Below, in pieces: positions 16,352-24,147 of a DNA stretch of 28,047 bases. This stretch comes from Bdellovibrionia bacterium (lineage in GTDB: Bacteria; Bdellovibrionota; UBA1018), in assembly GCA_045805065.1 (NCBI GenBank), contig JBJMMA010000086.1:1-28047 (forward strand), given 5' to 3'. Below the pieces are notes generated by a model, which was not told the DNA's origin, ran no database searches, and was given only the letters and a program-made list of their open reading frames with translations. Position 1 is the stretch's first letter, and each line of letters starts with the position of its first letter. Made by a program: the position numbers and the translations under genes.

Positions 16352-17161
16352 TTAGTTTGCGAAACGTGCGCAGGCGTCAACGAATGACATGTCGCTGATG
16401 TCCTGGCATTGGCCATTGACTTCAATTGCCCACACGGTTGGCGTGCTTGGCGAGAGCTTGCGGCAATCGGCTTGATTGTTCACAATAGCAACGAGGCCGC
16501 CGCTGCAGTTATCGCTGTGGTAGAATTTCACTCCACCGTGATCGCCGCCTTTGAAAGCTTCGCAGGCATCTTTTGGATTCATGTCCGCGATGTCTTTGCA
16601 TTGGCCGTTGACTTCAACTGCCCAGACGTTGCTGTTGTTCACTACTTCAGCAAAGCGGGAGCAATCGCTGCGACGTCCAACCGATCCCAGCAAGGATCCA
16701 TGGCAATTATCGCTGTGATAGAGTTTAACGCCTCTCATGCCACCGCTGAAAGCCTGGCAAGCTTTGGTGAGAGTAGTGTCCTGGATGTCCAGGCATTGTC
16801 CGTTAATTTTAACAGCCCATGCAGAGTCATTTCCAAGGTGCTCACAGTCGGTGCGTGAGTCCACGACAGCGACAAGGCTGCCACTGCAGGTATCAGATTT
16901 GTAAATTTCGACACGATCGCTATCGTCGTAAGGTGGGTTTGGGCCTGGTCCTGGACCTGGGTTTGGATGATTGCCGTAACAGTTGTAGCTCTTGAAGCTA
17001 GCAACTTCAGCTTCGAGTCTTTGAAGCTCATTCATACATTGAGCAGAGCAGCTGTAGCGACAGCTTGCTGGCAATTCAGCATGCGCGGAAGCGCCTGCGC
17101 CAACGAGAACAGCGGCAATTGCCAAAGCTTGAATCACAGAGTTTTTCAAAACGTCCTTCAT
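16352..17161 (-). CDS. Secreted Cys-rich protein with three ~57-aa repeats
   Basis: GAGGA SD before ATG 17161, signal peptide ending AHA, a PG linker, and 3 copies of V..Y.SD.C.G.L...V....DC......WA..INGQC.DI.D.....AC..F. Confidence 0.82.
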   Translation of the reverse strand: MKDVLKNSVIQALAIAAVLVGAGASAHAELPASCRYSCSAQCMNELQRLEAEVASFKSYNCYGNHPNPGPGPGPNPPYDDSDRVEIYKSDTCSGSLVAVVDSRTDCEHLGNDSAWAVKINGQCLDIQDTTLTKACQAFSGGMRGVKLYHSDNCHGSLLGSVGRRSDCSRFAEVVNNSNVWAVEVNGQCKDIADMNPKDACEAFKGGDHGGVKFYHSDNCSGGLVAIVNNQADCRKLSPSTPTVWAIEVNGQCQDISDMSFVDACARFAN

Positions 17162-17266
17162 AAATATCCTCACCTTTCGACGCATGGTCTATAACACGGG
17201 GCCGAATGGGTCAACTGACGTAAATTACCGACCGAAACGATCCTAGTATTGATGGGCCACTTGGGC

Positions 17267-18448
17267 TTAGAACTGATGGACCACTTGATCCAGACTGATT
17301 GGAGAAGAGCTTGTGATGCTGCTCTCAACCTTAGCGATTGTACGGTAGCTATCCTGAACAGAGATCATCATCGAGATCTTGTTCATGAGACTTACGTCCG
17401 CGTAGTTGTCGTCCACTTGTCCAAGCAGTTCTTTGATCTTGGATCCATTCTTGTCAAAGAAAGCGCGGATCGCTTCGTTGCGCTCGGCTTGCGAGATCTT
17501 CGCGTTGTTAAGTGAATACAAAACGTTCGCGTAGTCGTTGTTAATGAAAGATACGAAATCCTTCATTGCCTTCAACGCCACTTGCTCTCGAGCCGCATCG
17601 CGAGGCTGAGACTTGCGTGCAAACTGATCTGCCATTGCACCCGCGACGTGTCGCAAATACAACTGATCTGGGCTCGTCGATTGGATCGCTAATTCATAAC
17701 GATAAACGTTATACACCTCTCTGCTACCCTCACCGACATAGCCAGTATAAACCATTTCACCGTCGGTCAGCGTATCCGTATCGTAGTTCTTTGGGCTGAC
17801 TGCGAGATTGCATTTCAGGAACTGACGATACCCACGGGTTCTGAGATTGCGAATCAAGTCCCGAATATCTGTCGTCTGAGCGTCAAGATCTGCAAAGGAA
17901 GTGACAGTATCCCCGCGATCAGTCAAACAGGACTTCAGTCTAAATGTCACAAAGCCCACATAAGTATCCGATCCGGATCCAGTGATCTTAGCGAGGTCTT
18001 TTCCTTGAACAAAGGCGCGCCCTTCCATCCCAGTTCCATCTGCAGTCATGCGATCCAAAATAAGTCCGCGCTTCACATCTCTCCAGACCGGCGTGTTGCG
18101 CTGAAGATAAGTGGCAAGCCTGTCTCTATCCCAACGGCACATCGTCGCCCCAGAATCTGATGTCCATTTACCTCCGATGTATTTGTCGCCGTATTGTGTC
18201 GAATGCATCAGGGGTAACTTAATCGATGCAAACTGGAACATTGGAAAGCGTATATTATAGTCTACAACCTGATACTTGAGAGCATCACAGCGCTCATCAC
18301 CAGGGCTACCAACGGAAATTTCACTCGGTCCTATTGTCGGAGATTCATATCTTTCGCCCAAAGTCTGGTCCGCTGTAACCGAAGCTGCATGAGCAGGAAT
18401 CGCGGCAAATACTGTTGTCAGTGCAAGTAAGTTTAAAAACGTTTTCAT
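17267..18448 (-). CDS. Secreted hypothetical protein (tandem paralog B2)
   Basis: Signal peptide ending AHA, AAGG SD, and colinearity with 18471..19679. Confidence 0.82.
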   Translation of the reverse strand: MKTFLNLLALTTVFAAIPAHAASVTADQTLGERYESPTIGPSEISVGSPGDERCDALKYQVVDYNIRFPMFQFASIKLPLMHSTQYGDKYIGGKWTSDSGATMCRWDRDRLATYLQRNTPVWRDVKRGLILDRMTADGTGMEGRAFVQGKDLAKITGSGSDTYVGFVTFRLKSCLTDRGDTVTSFADLDAQTTDIRDLIRNLRTRGYRQFLKCNLAVSPKNYDTDTLTDGEMVYTGYVGEGSREVYNVYRYELAIQSTSPDQLYLRHVAGAMADQFARKSQPRDAAREQVALKAMKDFVSFINNDYANVLYSLNNAKISQAERNEAIRAFFDKNGSKIKELLGQVDDNYADVSLMNKISMMISVQDSYRTIAKVESSITSSSPISLDQVVHQF

Positions 18449-18470
18449 GGCGAATACCTTTCTTTAAAAC

Positions 18471-19679
18471 TCAGTATTGGTGAACCACTTGGTCCAGACT
18501 GATTGTAGAAGAGCTCGTGATACTCTTCTCGACCTTGGCGATCGTGCGGTAGCTATCTTGTACAGAGATCATCATCGAGATCTTGTTCATGAGACTTACG
18601 TCCGCGTAGTTGTCATCCACTTGCGCAAGCAGATCCTTGATCTTGGATCCGTTCTTTTCAAAGAATGCGCGAATGGCTTCGTTGCGCTCAGCTTGCGAAA
18701 TCTTCACATTATTGAGCGAGTAAAGGACATTGGCGTAGTCGTTATTGATGAAAGACACGAATTCCTTCATTGCCTTCAGTGCCACCTGCTCACGAGCCGA
18801 ATCGCGAGGTTGGGCTGTGCGGGCGTACTGATCCGTCATCGCGCCTGAATTATGGTTGGACAAGAAAAGGCGATCTGGAGTCGTTGACTGAATATTCAAT
18901 CGATAAGTGCCATTATCGTACCCGATTTTTTCACCATTGAAGCCGGATCTAAATGATTCGCCATCGTAGCCAGGTGCAACCGTTTCACCATCTGTCAACG
19001 TATCGAGATCGTAATTTTTAGGGTTGACCGTGAGGGTGCACTTTAAGAACTGACGATATCCGCGCGTTCTGAGGTTTCGGATTATATCTCGAACATCGGT
19101 CGTCTTAGTATCGAGATCGGTAAAGGAAGTCACGGTGTCGCCACGGTCTGTCACACAGGACTTCAATTGAAAGGTGATAAAACCCTCGACGGTGTTTGAA
19201 CCCGATGCCGTAATCTGAGCGATATCTTTTCCTTGGACAAAAGCGCGCCCTTCCATACCGGTTCCATCGGCGGTCATGCGATCGAGAATCAGCCCACTCT
19301 TCGCCCCTCTCCAGACAGGGGTGTTGTGCTGAATATAAGCTTTAAGCTTCGCTTCATCCCAGGTGCAAATCTGCCTCGAAGGAGTGTTCCAGCTCCCCTT
19401 CGAAATGTATGAGGATCCATATTCCGGCGAGTACTTCAGAGGCCACTTGATTGACCTGAATTCAAATAACTGAAATTCGGTACTATATTGCACAACCTGA
19501 TACTTGAGATCACCACAGTCTTCGCCACTCGGGATGCCGTAGATGCGGATATTGCTTGGTCCAAGTGTTGAAGACTCATATCTCTCGCCCAGAGCTTGGT
19601 CCGCGGCCACCGAAGCGGCATGAGCGGAGAGACCCGTAAACACTATTGTGAGAGCAATGAGAGCGTTAAGTGTTTTCAT
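18471..19679 (-). CDS. Secreted hypothetical protein (tandem paralog B1)
   Basis: Signal peptide ending AHA. Shares LILDRMTADGTGMEGRAFVQGKD and a near-identical C-terminal helical region with B2. Confidence 0.82.
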   Translation of the reverse strand: MKTLNALIALTIVFTGLSAHAASVAADQALGERYESSTLGPSNIRIYGIPSGEDCGDLKYQVVQYSTEFQLFEFRSIKWPLKYSPEYGSSYISKGSWNTPSRQICTWDEAKLKAYIQHNTPVWRGAKSGLILDRMTADGTGMEGRAFVQGKDIAQITASGSNTVEGFITFQLKSCVTDRGDTVTSFTDLDTKTTDVRDIIRNLRTRGYRQFLKCTLTVNPKNYDLDTLTDGETVAPGYDGESFRSGFNGEKIGYDNGTYRLNIQSTTPDRLFLSNHNSGAMTDQYARTAQPRDSAREQVALKAMKEFVSFINNDYANVLYSLNNVKISQAERNEAIRAFFEKNGSKIKDLLAQVDDNYADVSLMNKISMMISVQDSYRTIAKVEKSITSSSTISLDQVVHQY

Positions 19680-19682
19680 GAC

Positions 19683-20696
19683 TTATTCCTTTCCAACAAC
19701 CAAAGGGTTCTTCGTAACGATTTGATAAAAATAGGAGCCATTATCGGCTTGAACGGACCGGCAGACAGCTCCGCTGAACTTGACGGAGTTGCGGTCTTCT
19801 GCCGCGAGACGCTCATGGCATGCGATAAGCGCATCGATGGATCTTTCGAAAGTATGGTCCACGAGACCCCCACCCAAGCCCATGCTGCTTGCCACGACTT
19901 TCCATTGAAGCTGATCAAGCTCACCTAAGCCAAAGACTCGAAGTCCATAAAGAGACTCAGTCTCCGTAACAGGCATCGTGTGCCAATGGTCTTCGGCAAA
20001 CTCTTTTTCAAAGCCTTTCTTCTTCAGCCTGAGCCGGGTTTGGTCGTTGAATGCTTCCATCACGACGTGTTTGCGATCGCGTTGATAGTAGATGCAATAA
20101 ACAAAGTAATACTTGTCCTCGTACAACTCTTTTTGGCGCGCGCATTCTTGGCCTGCAGTCTCCTCGTTCATTCCTTGATTTGGATTTTCCATTTCGTAGG
20201 TAGCCAAGAGAACAGGAGTCTTGCTTGGCTGATCGCTTCTTCTTTCCAAAAGTGGTTTCATTTGCGCAAAGAGCGGCGTCGATACGGCATAAGCCTGATC
20301 GTTCACGCCGCAAATCCAGAGCATCTCATGAAGAACCAGCTCAAGTCTTGCGAGCTTGTCGGAGTGCTTGTTCCAGGCCTTTGCATCGACTTCGATCGTG
20401 TTTTCAGCCGGATAATTCACCGCGCTTCGAGGACCGTCAGGAAGTTCCGCTTTATCAACGAACTTCACGCGAAGGGTTTGAAGCTTTTGAGCGTAAACGG
20501 CGAGATTTACCGGAAGAACTTGCTGCTTATTGAGCGCGCGAAGCACATCGAGATCCTGATAAGCCAGCGTGACGAATTGCATCTCGTCGAAATCGCCGCC
20601 GTTTCCTGCGCGATCTCCACTTCCAGCCATCGCAGGGGCGATGACCTGCATTTGTGTTGCGATCGCAAGCGCTGCGATCAGTCCTAGTTTCTTCAT
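19683..20696 (-). CDS. Secreted GNGG-motif protein with degenerate zincin-like HExxW
   Basis: Signal peptide ending AMA, then GDRAGNGGD and AVNYP...IEVD..AW...LVLHEMLWICGVND..Y..S. ATGA overlap with TIGR02147. Confidence 0.8.
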   Translation of the reverse strand: MKKLGLIAALAIATQMQVIAPAMAGSGDRAGNGGDFDEMQFVTLAYQDLDVLRALNKQQVLPVNLAVYAQKLQTLRVKFVDKAELPDGPRSAVNYPAENTIEVDAKAWNKHSDKLARLELVLHEMLWICGVNDQAYAVSTPLFAQMKPLLERRSDQPSKTPVLLATYEMENPNQGMNEETAGQECARQKELYEDKYYFVYCIYYQRDRKHVVMEAFNDQTRLRLKKKGFEKEFAEDHWHTMPVTETESLYGLRVFGLGELDQLQWKVVASSMGLGGGLVDHTFERSIDALIACHERLAAEDRNSVKFSGAVCRSVQADNGSYFYQIVTKNPLVVGKE

Positions 20697-21568
20697 TGAG
20701 GTACTCCTTCTCTTACGGTCTTCGTTAATGGGAATAATGCGGATTCAAGTTGATAAACTGTGTCGGCATCCGTGGCTGATCCGAACTCAGCCATGAACTC
20801 GTCTTCAAATTTTCTGACAAACGCTTTCATGCGCGGAAGATCCTGGGATTTCACGGATACGGTGATTCCCGAAACCTGGCGCTCGCTCAGGGGCACCGCA
20901 CGAATGGATGTGCGCGCCATCGAGAGCACTTCTTCATGAAAACGTTTCAAGGCTTCGCTTGCCACGTCGTCAGTGGTGTTGAGCGGCTTGCCCGTCAGCA
21001 ATATCTGCTGAGTTTCGGGATCAACAGAGAGAAGCCCAAGCTCAGACATGGTCTTGATTGCGCTGGATACGTCACGAGGCGTGACCTTGAAGCGAAATTT
21101 GGATGCGATCCAGTCTGCGTCCATCCGAAAACTTTTGAGCTTTGCGAACTGGCGAATCCCGTAAAACCACCAGTGCGAAATCGCTGCAAAAGTTTTGTCA
21201 TCGAGGAGGACGAATTGAGCCTTTGGGCTCATCCGGCGCAAGCGATCCATGATGACCACTTTGCGTGCGGGATCTTGATCCGCCTTTGAAAGAGAGATCA
21301 GGTCTTCAAAATAGCGGCGCTCTTTCTCGTTGAAGTTAAAATACTGAATGAGCTTTTCAGTGATCTCAGGACCCGCTTCGCGCGATCCGTTTAGAATCTT
21401 TAAAATCGAGGTGCTGTTCTTCAGGCCAAGCTTTTTGGCCCAAGCACCGTAGCTCCAGCCCTTTTGCGTCCGCTTCTTATCGGAGTAATGGGTCTGCAGA
21501 AATGCCCGGTAATCCGTGAAGCTGAAAAGCTCGCTACGTGGAATGTGATTTAAGGCGTCCGTTTGCAT
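20693..21568 (-). CDS. TIGR02147/DUF4423-family protein (second copy)
   Basis: FTDYRAFL, WSYGAWAKKLGL..STSILKILNGSR, SHWWFYGIR, WIASK, LKRFHEEVL, ERQVSGITVSV and VYQLESALFPLT. Confidence 0.88.
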   Translation of the reverse strand: MQTDALNHIPRSELFSFTDYRAFLQTHYSDKKRTQKGWSYGAWAKKLGLKNSTSILKILNGSREAGPEITEKLIQYFNFNEKERRYFEDLISLSKADQDPARKVVIMDRLRRMSPKAQFVLLDDKTFAAISHWWFYGIRQFAKLKSFRMDADWIASKFRFKVTPRDVSSAIKTMSELGLLSVDPETQQILLTGKPLNTTDDVASEALKRFHEEVLSMARTSIRAVPLSERQVSGITVSVKSQDLPRMKAFVRKFEDEFMAEFGSATDADTVYQLESALFPLTKTVREGVPQ

Positions 21569-21702
21569 GCGGCGCTTGTATAAAAGGCGCAGGCATGTCG
21601 CAAGGCATTATGTGGCCATTTGCCATCTTTTTACAGGCAACTTGCCTGCACCTGAAAGCATTTAAAGACAACGTATACCTAAGATATTAAATACTTAGGC
21701 AA

Positions 21703-22542
21703 TCAAAGCAGAGTCGTAGACCAGTCCACGATCTGCCTACAAAGCGCCATGCGAACTTGCAGAAACATATGATCGCAGTCGTAGGCCTTCTCCTGCAGGG
21801 ACGCGACCCGGTTCTCAGAAAGCGCTTTCATCAAGCTATGGTGGTGAGATTCGGGAATAGAAACCACATCCCTGGTTCCATACTGAATCAAAAGCGGAGT
21901 CTTCCGGACGGCGTCGCCCAAGAGCTCAAGATCCCATTTCTCGATGTTTTCCATGGAGGATTGGATTAATTCTTCAGCAGTCGTACCCTGCACAGGGCGA
22001 ACGCTATAGCGAAAGCTGTCCACTGCAAACGCAACGTTGTCTTGGCTTTGGCGAAGCCATTTTCCAAAGGCGCCAAAGTTAAATGCACCGATGGTAGCAA
22101 CGCCGCTCACGCGACGATCTTTAGCTGCAGTGTGAAGGCCGATAAAGCCTCCCATGCTATGGCCCACGATCATGATCTTTGCAGGATCGCAGCGAAACTC
22201 GTCGGCAGCTTCCGGGCTCGCGACAAAGTCCACGGCAGAAAGTCCGTCTTCCAAAGCGTTCTCAAAGGAGAACTTGCCAGGGCTTCCCCAGGCTCCGCGA
22301 TAGTGGAAAAACAGGCAATTCCAGCCCGCGCGACGAAGAGCATGTCCAACATCAAAATTAGGCTCATTTCCTGGAAAGCCATGAAGAATGATGGCGACAG
22401 GATGAGGGCCTTTTCCGGCAGCGACCATAAAGCGCGCCAAAAGCTTTTGCCCCTTGGACTCAAAAGTAAATGGGATCAACGTCGAAGGATATGCTGGATC
22501 CGTCTCTGGCAGATCCATGGTAACAGGGTCAAATTTGGACAT
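21703..22542 (-). CDS. Alpha/beta hydrolase
   Basis: HGFPG, YRGAWGS.G, nucleophile motif GHSMGG, and downstream Asp (RDVV) and His (DHMF). Confidence 0.9.
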   Translation of the reverse strand: MSKFDPVTMDLPETDPAYPSTLIPFTFESKGQKLLARFMVAAGKGPHPVAIILHGFPGNEPNFDVGHALRRAGWNCLFFHYRGAWGSPGKFSFENALEDGLSAVDFVASPEAADEFRCDPAKIMIVGHSMGGFIGLHTAAKDRRVSGVATIGAFNFGAFGKWLRQSQDNVAFAVDSFRYSVRPVQGTTAEELIQSSMENIEKWDLELLGDAVRKTPLLIQYGTRDVVSIPESHHHSLMKALSENRVASLQEKAYDCDHMFLQVRMALCRQIVDWSTTLL

Positions 22543-22562
22543 TACGCCACCTATATCAGTAT

Positions 22563-23189
22563 CTAGATGCGCTTGGCAATAAAGGCCAAAAGCTCAGGAC
22601 GCGCTGGATTTCGGCCCTGGGCGACGACCTGAAAGCCGCTTTGCCGAATCAAAGACGCAAAATCATCGGCACGGTAACGATAAATCGTACGGGCAGGGCC
22701 CGACGGATCATCGGTACGGTCTTCAGATTGTCCTTCGCCTTCAGCAATGGATACAAAAAGGGTTCCATTTGGCTTCATGGCGGCAAAAAAACTGGCCATC
22801 GCGCGCTGACAACCCGGCGCAGGAAGATGCGATAGAACGCCATGCGCCCAAACCGCGTCATAGCTTTCTTTAGGAAGGCTCAATAGCATCACATCGGCTT
22901 GCCACACCTTACAACCACTCTGAGCGCGCGCGATGCTGACCATTTCGCTGGATGCATCGAATCCTTCGGCCTGAAATCCCAGGCGATTGAAAACCCTGAG
23001 GTCGCGTCCCGTTCCGCATCCGGCATCCAGGATCTTTCCGCCCGGCGGGATCCGGGAGCAGAACTCCTGTAGCGCGGCCTGGTCCATTCGCGAATGAGTC
23101 CGCTCGAAGTAGCGCTTCTGATTATGATTGTAATAGGCAACGGTTGAGGCATGAGCGTTCATCGATTTAATCTCAAGGGGTTTATCCAA
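22563..23189 (-). CDS. Class I SAM-dependent methyltransferase
   Basis: KILDAGCGTGRD, GFDASSEMV, YDAVWA..VLSHL and MKPNG. Confidence 0.9.
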   Translation of the reverse strand: MDKPLEIKSMNAHASTVAYYNHNQKRYFERTHSRMDQAALQEFCSRIPPGGKILDAGCGTGRDLRVFNRLGFQAEGFDASSEMVSIARAQSGCKVWQADVMLLSLPKESYDAVWAHGVLSHLPAPGCQRAMASFFAAMKPNGTLFVSIAEGEGQSEDRTDDPSGPARTIYRYRADDFASLIRQSGFQVVAQGRNPARPELLAFIAKRI

Positions 23190-24096
23190 ACAGGCTCATC
23201 TGAGAGCCCTGGTTCATCTCAACCCAGGGCTTGAGCTCCAAGCCGCATCGGATATTTATTTCTTGTGTAAAATACTGGATCAGATCCGGTGCCTGAACAT
23301 TGTCGGGCTCATGAATGAAGAAATAGATCTCGCGAATTCCTTGCGAGATCCAGTCATTCAATCGGCCGATCCATGCATCAATTCGAGAGTAATCCGTTGG
23401 ATGAAGCGAATTTCCCACAAAACGAACCATCACTGAAGGCGCTGTCAGGCTCATGTGAAGCACGTCACGCCTTCCCGCCACGTCCGTGATCAAAGCAACG
23501 GCTCCATAGATCTCAAGGAGTCGTGTCACATCGGAACGGAGCACGCCCTTGGAGAACCACGCAGGATGCCTGAACTCAATCGCAAGTTGAAAGCCTCGCG
23601 GCAGAGTCTCAAGAAAGTTTCTCAGCACGGGAAGCTGCGCCGGACTGAACTGAGGGGGAAGTTGAAGAAAGCTTCTTCCCAATCGATCCCCTAAGCCCAT
23701 CACGGATTTGCAGAAGGACTGAGTCATGGCTTCAGCGTCCTGAAGCATGCGCTCGTGCGAGATCATCTGCGGAAACTTCGGGCAAAACTTGAAGCCTGGC
23801 TCAGAATGGGTGCGCCAGTTATTGATCGTATCCTCATCAGGAATTCGATAATGGGTCGTATTGAGCTCAATGGTATAGAACTGCTGGGAGTAAAATTTCA
23901 GATAATCCTGGGAGCGCGTGCCCAGAGGATAAATCCGGCCAACCCACTCCTTTTGTGACCACACGGGTGCCCCAGTGTAGACTGCTGGCTTACTGCCAGT
24001 TGCGCCCAGACGATTGAGTAGCTGAGCGTTTCCTGTGAAGTCCGCAGGTAAGCTGAAATCAACGCCTGAAATGCTGGGGAGTTTTCCGAAGTCCAA
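23182..24096 (-). CDS. DUF72 family protein
   Basis: W.G.IYP, YSQQFYTIELNTTHY, FKFCPKFPQMISH, FLQLPPQF, IEFRH..WF and YFFIH. TTG start. Confidence 0.9.
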   Translation of the reverse strand: MDFGKLPSISGVDFSLPADFTGNAQLLNRLGATGSKPAVYTGAPVWSQKEWVGRIYPLGTRSQDYLKFYSQQFYTIELNTTHYRIPDEDTINNWRTHSEPGFKFCPKFPQMISHERMLQDAEAMTQSFCKSVMGLGDRLGRSFLQLPPQFSPAQLPVLRNFLETLPRGFQLAIEFRHPAWFSKGVLRSDVTRLLEIYGAVALITDVAGRRDVLHMSLTAPSVMVRFVGNSLHPTDYSRIDAWIGRLNDWISQGIREIYFFIHEPDNVQAPDLIQYFTQEINIRCGLELKPWVEMNQGSQMSLFG

Positions 24097-24147
24097 TCAC
24101 CGGAAAACTCCCTCATTTAGACCCAAGATTCAAGGGCTTTTGAACCT

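Noticed and set aside
17267..19679. Diversity-generating retroelement TR/VR pair
   Set aside because: No reverse transcriptase is present, both copies are full ORFs, and the differences are not adenine-specific.
19980..20687. 235-aa plus-strand ORF (likewise 24940..25677, 26489..27130, 13211..13705 and other short overlapping ORFs)
   Set aside because: These are antisense or alternate-frame shadows of better-supported genes, with no recognisable motifs.
5518..21702. Integrative element or prophage at tRNA-Arg
   Set aside because: No integrase, transposase or phage genes, and I found no duplicated tRNA 3' end (att) in the window.
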